Notes under the pieces: generated by a model
The model's input: the letters and a program-made list of their open reading frames with translations, nothing else
What the model was told of the DNA's origin: nothing
Databases searched by the model: none
Part shown: one piece after another, positions 11,706-24,000 of the stretch
Position numbering within the stretch: the first letter of the stretch is position 1
Layout of the letters: each line of letters opens with the position of its first letter
NCBI GenBank assembly: GCA_032718475.1
Contig: JAUCBJ010006915.1
Span: forward strand, 1 to 64,000
DNA from: Nemertoderma westbladi
Taxonomy: Eukaryota > Animalia > Xenacoelomorpha
Reading direction: 5' to 3'
DNA length: 64,000 nt
Made by a program: the position numbers and the translations under genes

Positions 11706-11990
11706 TTGTATTGTTTATGTAAATTGTATTGTTTATGTAAATTGAATTGTTTATGTAAATTGTATTGTTTATGTAGATTGTTTTGTTTATGTAAATTGTA
11801 TTGTTTATGTAAATTGAATTGTTTATGTAAATTGTATTGTTTATGTAGATTGAATTGTTTATGTAATTTGTATTGTTTAAAATTTATATTACTCTAAATT
11901 TATGCAATTTATATTGTTTTAAATTTATGCAATTTATATTATTCTAAATTTATGCAATTTATATTGTTCTAAACTTATGTATTTGTATTG
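11706..11990 (+). repeat. 18-bp tandem repeat in the 3'UTR of A, degenerating into ~22-bp units
   Basis: (ttgtattgtttatgtaaa)n followed by aatttatattgttctaaatttatgc-like units. Confidence 0.9.
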
Positions 11991-12595
11991 TTCCAATTTT
12001 GAAATTCAGAAAGTTTTATATTTAGAAGGAATTTATATTTGAAAGATTTATATTTTATATTTGAGATGCCAAAAGAGTTTATATTGTTCTAAACTTATGC
12101 AAAAGATTTATATTTAGAAAGTGCTATATTTGTAGTCATTCCAAACTTACGCAATTTATTGTTTCGAATATTATGCAATTTATATTTTATAAAGAAGCAG
12201 TATTTGTATTCGCAGTAAATAGAAGGCAAGAGCAGACGGAAGACTTGTGAGCCTTTCTTGTGACTTATTTGAAATTATTCCGAACTTATACAATTTGTTT
12301 TATATTTAAGTAGTATTAGTATTTGTGATTGTTTGAATTTATGCAATATTTGAGATGCAATAGATTTAATTTGGTGAATTTAATTTAGATTTATATTGTA
12401 CTTACTTAATAAAGCCTTAAATACGTAAAGTTTGAATCTGTAATTATTTTGTATCGAATCATTATGTAAAGGTATTATTGTTGAGATTTAATTTGTAAAT
12501 ATGTAAGTACGTCCCAAGTATTCCATAATTTGATTTAGTATTGGTGAAAACCGTATATTTTATGCACGATAATATCCTGTTTTCATGGAGCGGTA

Positions 12596-13242
12596 TAGAA
12601 TTATATTCTCATAAATGCCGTGGATTTTCAAAATTTTATTTTGTTCGAATTAACTTTGCTATAAAGATTACATTAAGTCCTCATTTGCATTTACCATATC
12701 TATTTGTATAACATTGTTCAAGTGGTTCAGTAGCTCAGTCGGTTAAGCGTTGGAAATTCGTGTAGTAGGTATCGAGTTCGAATCCTAGTAAGTGTGAATT
12801 ATTTTTTGTGTTAAGTTTCAACTCATTTAAATTAACTGCTACGAATTAAATTGCATTTGCTCAAGGTAGATTGACCAATAGGATTGCAGTTATTAGATAG
12901 TAACCAATGTCGTGCAAGATACCTGTTCGCTGGACCAATGGTTATCTTTAAAAACCTAGTAGAACCCATAGAACAATCTAGATTTATCTCGATTGATTGC
13001 AGCACAAATTTGCTATAAAAGGTGCGATTTTGTTCATTAGTTATTCATTATACCTTAGATTTCTATCTTATCTTAGCATTGTTTATTGTATATTAGTTTT
13101 GTAATAAAAGTTAGAAATACTTGTTACATCTGTTTTTTACTATGCTTCACCACGGTGAACCCAACTGAGGGACAGATGGCTGGCTAGACAGCGGACCGCG
13201 GCGATAGACGGGAACATCGGAGGAATGTAGAAGGAGACAACA
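12596..13242 (+). repeat. 3' LTR of element A (5' boundary approximate)
   Basis: Follows hairpin+GGAGCGGTA; CCAAT boxes ~12875-12940, TATAAAA ~13015, AATAAA 13103. Its end GACGGGA..GGAGGA..ACAACA resembles the end of the E/F LTR. Confidence 0.7.
12724..12807 (+). ncRNA. tRNA-derived Pol III promoter-like segment inside LTR A
   Basis: A box TAGCTCAGTCGG (12731-12742), B box GAGTTCGAATCC (12774-12785), T-run at ~12802; no intact cloverleaf. Confidence 0.5.
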
Positions 13243-13352
13243 GTTTTTTACTATGCTTCACCACGGTGAACCCAACTGAGGGACAGATGGCTGGCTAGAC
13301 AGCGGACCGCGGCGATAGACGGGAACATCGGAGGAATGTAGAAGGAGACAAC
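13132..13352 (+). repeat. Tandem duplication of the last 111 bp of LTR A
   Basis: 13132-13242 is repeated at 13243-13352 (final A missing). Confidence 0.95.
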
Positions 13353-15076
13353 CCACAATATTCATTCTTAAGTTATTCACCCATCGCCTGAAAGGTTAGA
13401 CAGCGTTCGATGCCTTGCTACCTAAGTGTAAGACCAAAGATCGAAGGTAGAGGTAGTGACACGCTGTGCGCTAAAAATTACATCTAGGGACTGTACTGTC
13501 TTGATTCAGGAAAACCCGCAGAAGACCTTCACATTCCTACGGGAGGAAGAGGAGATCAGGCAGAAAGATACTAGTACACAGATAGGACGCAGGCACACCA
13601 GTACAAAGCATACACATTGGTAGGGTACAGCAAACTGTACGCCTAACTCTTGCTAAGTATAGGTGCGTCGGTGGCTGTTTGTAGTACAACGGTGTCCATT
13701 TGCGTTAGAACTTGTAGGCTAGAGGGTTACTGTGTTTTACCTGAATTAGGATTGTACCGTTCAGGCGGTAGGGCAGTTTATTACTAGGCGCAAAATAAAT
13801 TGAGGCTATTAGGGATACTAACATCTAATGTGTCCCCGCCGACATTCTGTTAGGAAGTTGCCGTGCCCATCTAGGCAACCAAAATTCTAGATAGGACGCC
13901 AGGCTAGCTATTAGTAACAGTACGCCTACTGTAGTAAACTAACACATTTATTCTTAGTATTAGGGACCTGGTAAATTAAATTGCCGAATTCTGGGCATAG
14001 TATTAACCTTATGCCTGAATTTGAGTTCTGGAAATACACAAAAGGGGAAGGAGCCTTATCATTCGTGAGTATTGGACCTACAAGCTACAAATTTAGAATA
14101 TTTGTAAAATGCACACCGGACCCAGTAATTATATATGTGAAGGATCTAAAACCGATTTTGACCGTTAGAATCAAGACACACGCGCGTTAGAAATTATTTA
14201 CACCTCAAAATATATAAAATAATTTTTGTCCGTACTGCGCTTTGCCCGCTGGTTATACTTTTCTGCACCTAGCTAGCGACTCTCTATCCCAACCATATAA
14301 ATCACACCGCGGCAAAGTATACGAGCGCTTTAGTCCATCAGTGAGTCAGCCTGATTTTAGGATTCGCTGCGCGGGATTTTGTTTCATCGAAGTTTGTCCG
14401 TTTGTAGACTGTTTTCTGCCTCACCGGTTATAAGAGACCGATACTGCAATATATATTCGCTTACTTAGAGTTTACTGTTTTGGTGAGAAGGTCGGATTAT
14501 GTTTTGATTCACAAACTTTACAGTAGGATATTGCAGGGTATTTTGTTACTGTCTCTTCAAATACAGTAAGTAAGACTGTTTTCACCAATCGAAATACAAA
14601 CTATTTACAAATACTTCTAAATCTACTGGTGGGGCCTAAAATATAAAATAATCACTATCTAATTATTGCATACTTAATATTGCAGGTACGGCGTAAATAC
14701 AATCCATCATACATACAAATACAAATTTACCAATCAACTTTAGTGCATAAAATACAAAAAAAGCTTTCGGTTATCAAGATAAACAAATTAAACAAATCAG
14801 AATAAAATAAATCAAAACAAATCGAACAAATAATTTCAAATCTTTCAATAAGTTTTATATATTGTAAATATACATAATAAATTCACTAAATTAAATCAGT
14901 CCGAAATATAAAATAAACATAATGCGCTAATAATCTTTCAAATAAGTCTTAAAGTGTCCTCCTGACGATCTAAAAGTTCGTCCTGCTGGTCTGGATATCT
15001 TCTCCTGAGCACTAATTGCTAACGGTAGGCTCGCAAGCCTTCCTTCTTTATCTTGCTCCTCCAAAACCAACGTCCG

Positions 15077-15215
15077 ATATAAAACCCCAAATATAATATC
15101 CAAATATAAAATATCCAAATATAAAATATCCGAATATAAAATGTCCAATATAAAATGTCCAATATAATATCCAATATAACATCCAAATAAAATATCCGAA
15201 TATAAATATCCAAAT
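15077..15215 (-). repeat. ~15-bp tandem repeat in the 3'UTR of B
   Basis: (aatataaaatatcc[a/g])n on the + strand, flanked by two palindromic motifs. Confidence 0.85.
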
Positions 15216-15251
15216 CGGTAGGCTCGCAAGCCTTCCTTTCTTCTCGCTTTC

Positions 15252-18200
15252 CTATTCCTTGGCCGAACGGGCTCGTCCACGCCCTCTAGTACGACTGGGT
15301 GGTGGTCGAGGTCGAACTGGACTCGGACTTCGGTGTCGAGTTGTCGGTGGTTCCAAAACGCTAGGAAAGGGGATGACGGGAGTTTCGCACATCCGTCGTG
15401 CGCTCAGTCCTCTAAATCCTCGTCCGATTCCAATCGTCGGCTTAACATCGGATCGAGTTTCTACAACGCTGGGAGGAAGTCGAAAGGGTGGGACCGTTGG
15501 GTGGTTCCGGTAAAGCGTATCCTGTCCCTCTGCGTGGTTCTCTAGCAAGGGAAACCGTGCCCCGAGTCATCCGGATTTGCGACTTCGATGTCGTCCTCTT
15601 GGCGACATTTACTACTTTCTTTATCTCTTGTCCGGCCTTTTGGGCTCTAAGTATACAAAGTTGTGGATCATCCTGTGGGTGACGCGTCTTTTCAGCTAAC
15701 GGCGTGGCTTTGAAGCCAGTCTCACGCAAAACGTCCGTCTCGTCTAGAATACACGAGGTTACGCGTCTGTGATAAAATGCGCTCCTGTATGCCCAAGCTA
15801 TCGAATGCCAGGCTCCTCGATTCCGCTGTTCAACTCGCAATTTGTCGAATTTCCCGGCGGTAATCTTGTTCACCGTAGTTTGAAAGTTCCAAGTGTTCTT
15901 GTTGTCGGGGTGTACCTGTAGAAAGTAGTCCCGCACAACCTTAAATCCGCTATCCAGTGGCAATATATCCAGCACCTCCAAGAGTTCGTCGTATTGAGGC
16001 ATAGCCGACATCGTATCCTTCCTTCGACATTATGAGAGGGTTTACGGCCCTGAATCCCAAATGTGCTCTCATAGGGAAACGGCGTCGCTGCGTTGATACA
16101 TGCTCGTCTGCTAGATTCTCCCAATGGTCGAATAGCTGTCGAACGATTTTAACTGACATGTGCTCATAGGGGACGTCTCTAAGTTGACATTCGGATGCCC
16201 TATGGCCTTTAATATTACAATACGTGCACTGCGCCACGAAACGCCAGCAAGTGTAGAAAGTGTGCGAACGCTGATCCCCGCACCAGTTGCATACCAAGTC
16301 CAGTAGAGATATGTGTTTCACTCCGCATTTCTTTGCGTGGTGGCCAGTTGCCCCGCATCTGCCACAAATAGTGTTGGCAGGGTACCAAACTCGCTCATAG
16401 ATAAGATCTCCGATGGGGTGAGCGCTACCGTCCACGTGATAATTCTCATCATCCGGGTCAGTCGGTATGTTCGTCTCCGTGGGTTGTACACAAACCATGG
16501 CATCGCTTTTCTCCAACTCGCGTATCTCAGTTCGCGTCTTCCTCGGAAGGTTCTCCTCTATCTCTATGAGTTGCCGCAACGGTTCGTCTATTATCGCCAA
16601 CTCGGTCGGATCAACATCGTCGTGATGGGCGGTAGGCTCGCGAGCCTTCCAGGATCCTTCCGGGCCTTTGAATTCCGCGTGGCATTCCCCGTCATAGGGT
16701 ACTAACATTAACATCGACGGTCTGTCGACTAGGCTTCCCGCTTGAGTGAGATAGACATCCCTGAAAACGCTAAGTCCCGCTCGCATGAAAACTTCGCAGT
16801 GCGCATCGGTGTTGTAAAAGGGTTGGAGAAATCGTCTACATCAGTATGCGTCCTTCCTCCGTCGTAAAAGGCATGTCCTTCACCGAGAGAAAACGGAGGT
16901 CGCTTTAGGGTCCTAGACACTACATCGGCGATGAAGCAAACGTTGACGAAGATTCTATCGCCAAATAGTATTGTAAGATTATTCGTGGAGGTGAAGTAAT
17001 CGCCCAGTACACGCAACCTCGCCACTTTAGCTGTGACTCGAACTCGTTTACGCCGGGGATATCTCCCTCTCCGTATACGTCCGTGTATTTGCTCCTCTTA
17101 CTCTCCTTATAATCCCAACTGAACACTAGATATGAGATATAACCCGTCCCAGTTTTTAGCATGTTATACTCCCTAAAATATCCTTGCTCAATAGCCCAAA
17201 GCAACAATGGTCTAGTATCCACGTATGGCGTAGGCAATCGATCCTCTTCCGTGGGCATCCCTGCGAAATCGCTAATAAGGTCATCCCGTACACCGGATCC
17301 GATCTTGACGATGCTCTTGTCCAACACAACGTCTCGCACGGCCTTTGGCAACATCCTAGTTTCTATGCTACAAGCCAGGTCCATGGATTTAACTATCCGT
17401 TTTATCATCGAGGGTCTTTGCGTCATTCCTTCCGGCATAGGCATCTTTCTATCGCTCCTCTGTCGGCTGAAGACATGTAACAGGCCATCTGGTGCTCTAA
17501 TCTGTATAGTCTTCGAAGTGAGGCTTTGCCGGTGGCTTCCTCCTTCATTATCGTAAAACATGTAACCATTCTCCTTCAGAGATCGGCTAGTCATGTCCCA
17601 ATCGTTGAGTAAATCGTCGGTAGGGTTCCAAATTCTCCCAATTGACTTTTCATCATCGAAACTAATAGGTTTACCGGTCCAATTGGTCGCGATATCGGTG
17701 TCGGTCTCAAATGTTCGGAGTCCGATCCATAATCGAATCGTTTTCGTCAGATATCCTCGCAAGATATAAGGTGCGATATCCGTCCCCGCGCAATCCACTT
17801 CCTTAAAGTCCGTAATATGTGGAGGCACGTTGCGTACGATTTTCTGAACTATTGTTCTACGCAACTCGGCTGACTCTAATACATCACTATAGGTAACCGG
17901 TGGGAGGAAATCCAGGTTCGAAATGATCTCCGGGTGTTCAACTATAGGAATCTCATAAGTTGTCTCCTTCCGGGTCGGTATACTAATAGGAAAGCTAGTT
18001 GGTCTCGCAACCGGTACTATCGTTCCAGCAGAATGGGGTTGAGGTTCTCGCGTCATCTCGACATGAGGTATCTGTAGTCTCTGCGACAAACGCTGAGCAA
18101 AGGTGATACTATCGAAGAGCTCGGGTGTCATCTCCTTAGGTTCGGTTTGATCGTGGGATATCCAATAGAATGGTAGGCTCGCGAGCCTTCCGCCGAACTC

Positions 18201-18951
18201 CTCGATCTCGCCTTTCTCGTACGCCTTGTATGCCCTGTAGAGGCTCAAAGCTTCCCGTTTCTCTTGCATCGACTTATTAGACTCGTCCACTACCATGCTG
18301 TAGACGTCTGGTTTGACTAATTTGGGTTAGTAAAAAAAGATCTCACCCGCGTTCGGTCCACTCATCTTAAACGAATGATACGGATTCGTCAAAGGGTATC
18401 CGCCTTCCTGGTAACGTAGACTTTGGTGGTATGAGCATCGCGCTAATATCGGCTCGGGGTTCTCCGAGTTCAACCGCATAGGAATCGCGTTGTCTTGCTC
18501 GCGCATACATGCTCCACATTTGTAAAACAGTTTGTATATGGAGAACGCGTCCTTTGTCTCTGGATCCGCTCCTCGAGCGCGTCTATAAAGATGCATTCCT
18601 TCGAATTAGTCTCTGGCTGCAGGTAAGGGTTCGTTTACCGTCAAATATTGCAGCATATGATATAATCGGCGGATCCTCGCAAATGTCACTAGCGTCGCAT
18701 AATGCATCGTAAGGATATAACGCATTGAACTCCGCGCGTAATTCCTCCGTTCTTTTGTTATAAGCATCCAATCGCTGTTTAGTCACATTCGGGTCCGCCT
18801 TGGATTTAGCGAGCTTGGCTGTACTCCTAGCCATACTCTCCACTCCAAACACACTAAAGTTTTTAGCTCCATAACGATTAAACGGCGCCTGGTGCTCTTG
18901 TTCCTGCGTAAACCCCTGACGGAACTCCTTATAAATCTTCTCCTCCATCAT
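15252..18951 (-). pseudogene. ORF3 of B: DEDDy exonuclease plus CCHC knuckles, several frameshifts
   Basis: ORF pieces 18583-18951, 18327-18596, 16920-18296, 15950-16786, 15442-16011 and 15252-15548 align in order to A ORF3 (FYDNEG, VKIGSGVRDDL, QYYLAIES, CTYCNIKGHRASEC, RGRGRARS). Confidence 0.85.
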
Positions 18952-19689
18952 ATACGCGTATATATGGTTACATATTGTTACGTTTCTACTAGATGAAGCA
19001 CAAAATAGAGGTTAGATGTGAGGTGACTTAGAGTTTGTCGGCTTTTGGCTCAACTTTGCTCTAAAACCCCAACCCATTTGCCTAATGACTTCGGGTTCGT
19101 GTGATTTCGCACTGGCTCCTAATCCAAAAAAAAAATGTGCCGATAAAAAACGAATTCTGGGTAAACTAGCCGCGAGTCTAAAATACTCACCTTTTAATTT
19201 CCCAAACTACATTCCCAAAGAAATAATGCAGTCGAGAATTAATTCGGTCTAAATAATAGTAGACACGACTACGTAGAACAAGGCCGATTTTCTTTTCCAA
19301 AAAAAATTTATCGGTAGGCTCGCAAGCCTTCCATCCGCTCTTGTCCTCCCCAATTTTAATTTTTATCTAGCTGTATTCTAGAATTCGCATTCACTGGAGA
19401 ATCATTTTTCTTAAATTTAAATCCAACTGAATGGATTTGTCTAATAATTTTTGAAAAATTGTCTCACTTGTGGGTTCCAAGTAGAATTCCATTCCTACTG
19501 TACACACAATCCCGCTCCTATGTGATACATAAGGGTACTACCCTCCATGTTCACATATAAAGACAATGGAATTCCACCGCTGTCTCTATCTACAGTGAAG
19601 AGGATTACAAATGCACATACAGTAATACAAAATACTAAATTACTAAAATACGGTAGGTCTATGTGGCGGCCAACAAAGGTCCCACATCT

Positions 19690-20825
19690 CTATTTACTAA
19701 TATTGGGTGGAGATTTGTAGTCTCCTGTCTCGTTTCTAGTCTCCTCAAGGAGCACGAGATGTTGTACAGGTCTGTCTACGGTACGTCCGTCGATAGTCCT
19801 TACAGTAACTGTCCTTACTACACCAGATGTAGGGTGCGTGGTCAAAGTGACTCCAGTCAGCCAAAACCGTCTTTTCAGATTGGCTTCAGCCAATAAAACG
19901 TGGTCACCGCGTCTCATACATTGGGTATTAAGATACCAAGAGGTTCTGGTCGAAATAGAGGGCAAATAATATTTCTGCCATATTTCCCAGAATTTATTTG
20001 CAAGTAATTGAGTGATTTTCCAAGCTTTGTTACCGTATCCGTCGCTATTAACGGGTACCGAAATGATGGGCAACAATGTCGTCTGCGCCTGCATAAGCAG
20101 GTGCGCTGGTGTCAAGGCAAACTGTGCGTCGTTATTGTCTGGGATCAAAGCGATCGGTCTAGTGTTTAAAATCGCTTCGATTTCTATTAGTAACGTCGTC
20201 AGTTGGTCGTCTGTCAATATGTGTTGCGTCGGTATTACTTTAGCCATAGCTGTCTTTATTGAGCCAATCAGCCTTTCCCAAACGCCGCCTCTCCACGGAC
20301 TGTCTGGAGTATTAAAATACCAAACAATTCGGTGAGGACGTAGTTCCTCGGAAATCTGGTTTTGGTCCAACTTTCTTAAAGCTCTGGTTATTTCGTTCCG
20401 TGCACCCACAAAGTTTGTCCCTTGGTCACAATAAATGGATTTGACCAATCCACGTCTAGCGATAAATCGCCGTAAGGCTAGGATAAAGGCATTGGTGGTT
20501 AAATCTGTCACACGCTCTATATGGACAGCTCTGCTGGCCATGCAAGTGAAGATCAATCCCCAACGTTTTACCTGTACCCTTCCGCGTTTCGCGATTATGG
20601 GTCCAAAACAGTCTATCCCCGTCTCAGTGAAAGGGGGTCTAAATGCCTGTAATCTCGCTAGTGGTAGTTCACTCATATCTTGGTGTCCTATCCGTGCGTG
20701 CACCTTCATACAAATCATACAGTTCCGTGTTACCGAACTCAGTGCCTTACTAGGTCTAATCAGTACAAACCTCGATCGTAAGTGTGATAGACAGTGATGT
20801 CTACCCACGTGTTTGAGTTGTACAT
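19690..20825 (-). CDS. pol: BEL integrase of B (N-terminally truncated)
   Basis: CMICMK, TGIDCFGP, YCDQGTNFVG, WRGGVWERLI, DRPVQHLVLLEE. Confidence 0.93.
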
Positions 20826-21030
20826 TAGGGCGGTGCGTTTTTTACTTTTTTTTCGATTTCATTGTTCTACCGGTGCACAAAAGTTGCCAAATGGTAAAAA
20901 AATAAGGCAAAAAAAATTTCTTCCAATTTCGTCTATATCTTCACGGATCCCAAGAGGGTTGAAATTTTGTGCCATCGCGATGCACCATAATGAAATTTAT
21001 AACAATATAACACATTGATGAAAGATCAAT
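20826..21030. mobile_element. DNA transposon terminal fragment at the B/C junction
   Basis: Begins TTA-GGGCGGTGCG, AT-rich and non-coding; integrases of both B and C break off at its edges. Only one end is recognisable. Confidence 0.45.
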
Positions 21031-24000
21031 GAAAGTTTGTTCCTTTATCGGATCTCATCGTGTTACTAGTGCCAAAGCGAGCGATCTGTCGTCGTAAGCT
21101 TAATAGAAAGCTGTTGGTAGATAAATCGTTCACCATATCGAGATGGATGGCTCTACAAGTCATACAAACAAAGATTACACACCATCTCTTGACTATAGTC
21201 CTAGCACGATATACTTCAATAGGGCCAAATAAATCCACACCGGTATTAGTAAAGGGTGGTTCATAAAAGCTTACTCGTTCCCTAGGTAATTCTGCCTCTC
21301 TCTGTGTTAAAGGCCTACTGAATGCTTTCCTACAGGGTATACAGTTCCTAAGAACTTGGTTCAGAGCTCTACGGGGTTTATAAAAATAATAGCGAGTTCG
21401 AATTTCGCTAAGAACTCGTTCTCTACCAGCATGATAAAGTTTGCTGTGAACATCTACAATCATCTTGACTTGTATTTCAAGATTTCTAATGAGTATGGGG
21501 AACTTAGTATCAAAGGATAATGGGGCATTCGTTAACCTTCCTCCAACACGTATCAACCCATCTATCATTGTGCTAGAGAAACGATCCCTTAAGCGCATCT
21601 GTGGATTTCTCAACAACAGGAAATACTTATCGGAATCTTCATAGCATTGTAAGAGTCTCAGCATCTGTTTGTTGGTTTCTTCATGCTCCTGATAACTGAT
21701 CTTCTCCTTCAGAAACTTGTCGGGTACCTTATATTTGGGAATGTCTTTAATAACATGGACCTGCACTGATGTGATTGGAGCGGTATCACCCTTTGTTTTC
21801 ATCCCAGAGTAGTGATGGTGAAAACATCTCTTTAAATATGTAACGGCCTTACAAAGCCGATTCCAAGAACTGTAGTGATGTATCGCTCTCTGCAGAAGAG
21901 GTGAGAGTCCTTGCGAGATGTCAGGTATGCCAGATTTCCAATCCTTATCACGGATTTCCACAATGGGTTTATTTGTGGCTGTGGGTTTCTGATCCAAAGC
22001 GTCGTCTCCGGAAGTATGTAGTACAGACAGATCCACTGTGGGTTTGAATAACTTCGATTTACTCGCCTGAGTTTTAGGTTTGACTTTCTCCGCTCCCTTG
22101 GCCTGTCTAATTTCTGCTGTAGTAAGATGAGGAGGCCATTCTTCTTCTTCTTTGTAGAGGAAGTCGGGTCCACCTAACCAGTCTGGAGTATCTACCAGTT
22201 CTTGGGGAGTTGCTCCCCTGGAAGCGATGTCCGCTGGATTAATCGTTCCGGGGCAATGTCTCCATTGATCCATCATCGTGCGACTGAGTATAATAGCTAC
22301 TCTGTTGGTAACGAATACGCTGAACTGACAGACTTCATTGGTTATATACTCCAACACGAGTAAAGCGTCGGTCCAATAGACATTTTTCTCCAGGGGATAG
22401 TCGATCTGTTCTGTTACATTCCGGCCGATAGCTGTAGCGTATAGAGCCGCTTTTAACTCCGCTCGAGGAACTTTCAACTTGTTGTTTATCAATGCCTTAG
22501 AGGTAACCAAGGCAACTTTAATTCCGTCCGGAGTTTCCACCCTTAGGTAGGCTACTATACCTATTCCCATATCGCTGGCGTCTCCAAACACATGGAGTTG
22601 ATATGAATACGTAGGGAGAACATGACCAAAATATGAACGGGAAATTATGAAGTTTTCGATGGCTGGTAGAGAATCTTCCCATTTCATCCACTTCTTTAAT
22701 AATTCTCCCTTAAGTGGATCGTCCCATGAGTGGTTTTCAAGCCACATTTGTTGTACTAAACTCCGAGCAATCAATATAACTGGGCTAATAAATCCCAATG
22801 GATCGAAATAAGTGCTCAGGATACTTAAACAAATCCGTTTAGTCCGAACTGGATTATCTCGCTGTTTTAGTTGGAAAAACAGGATATCTCTTTCTGTGTC
22901 CCATTTCAAACCAAGGGTCTTAGTTTCTGGGAGATCATCCTTTATTAGATCTAGGTCTTTTGTTCCTCGATCTTCTACCGGGATCGACTCCAGAAACTCA
23001 CGGGAGTTGCTGGTGAATTTAGTTAATCGAAATCCACCTTTCTTTAAGCATTCTACCGTTCCTTTAGCGACCTCAATGGCTTCTTCGACTGATGGAAGGG
23101 ACTTCAGATTATCGTCCATGTAGATGTCTCGTTTGATATTGTCGATCACTTCTTTAGAGAAGGTGTCTCGGTTGTCATCCGCAGTGGTGCGTACCACGGA
23201 ACAGGCATTTGAAGGGCTCGAGATTATCCCAAAAGCTTGGATGGTCATCCAGTACTCCACCGGTTTCTTATTGAGGTCTCCTTCAGGCCACCACAAAAAT
23301 CATAGGCTATCTCGATCCCTATCCAACGCTTTGACTTGTAAGAACATGCCTTCTATATCTGAGGCGAAAGCAATGGAGTATTGTCTTAATCTTAGTAGTA
23401 TTCCCAACAAGGATTGGAGTAAGTTGGGTCCGGGTAACAATTCAGAATTAAGAGATTGGCCCATATAAAGGGCGGAACCGTCAAACACCACTCGTACTTC
23501 ATGGGTTTTACCGGGTTTGGGAACGTAATGGTGAGTTAAGTAATACGTTCTCTCAGTTATAGGGGTTTCTTCCGGTACTAGCTCCGCATATCCCTTGCTA
23601 ATAAACTTCTTCAACTGTGTTTTATACATTTCTTTAGCTGAAGAATTTGCCGTAAGGCGTTGATGTAGTTGAGCAATTCTTTTCTCTGCCAAAGGTCTGT
23701 TGTTAATGAACTTTGGTTCTCGCTTTCGGAAAGGAAGTCCGATCTCATACCTACCTTGATCTTTAAGAAAACGAGTAGTTGTCACTTGGATCTGCTTGGC
23801 TCTTTCTTCCTCCACCGATAGGGCCTTATCGTAGGAGTTGGGCTCTACGACCTCTTGAGTAAAGAATCTCACGGCGTGTTCATCCCGAGTCTTGGCATTA
23901 TAACGTTCAATGACGTCATTAAGCTCGTCGTTATAGTCGTCTCGCTCAGATGGGAGAGGGAGTTGACATAAGTTCACTTGATTTTGCCAAGTCTCGCTTT

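Larger units (their letters stand above)
3225..13242 (+). mobile_element. BEL/Pao LTR retrotransposon A (5'-truncated, RT/RNase H deleted, carries extra ORF3, ends in 3' LTR)
   Basis: Order is Gag zinc knuckles - protease - integrase - ORF3 - AT-rich 3'UTR - LTR ending ...GAGACAACA. Proteins are homologous to elements B, D and F. Confidence 0.9.
14523..20825 (-). mobile_element. BEL/Pao element B (3' half: integrase, ORF3, 3'UTR; no LTR), relative of A
   Basis: Integrase and ORF3 are colinear with A. The 3'UTR ends with ATTGGTGAAAAC..AATATCCT as in A just before the LTR. Confidence 0.9.

Noticed and set aside
11679-11897. Cys-rich small ORF (LYCLCK)n, and similar ORFs at 4966-5247, 14927-15280, 26969-27250 and 54768-54995
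   Set aside because: Translations of tandem repeats or antisense shadows.
12724-12795. Functional tRNA gene
   Set aside because: Acceptor and anticodon stems do not pair.
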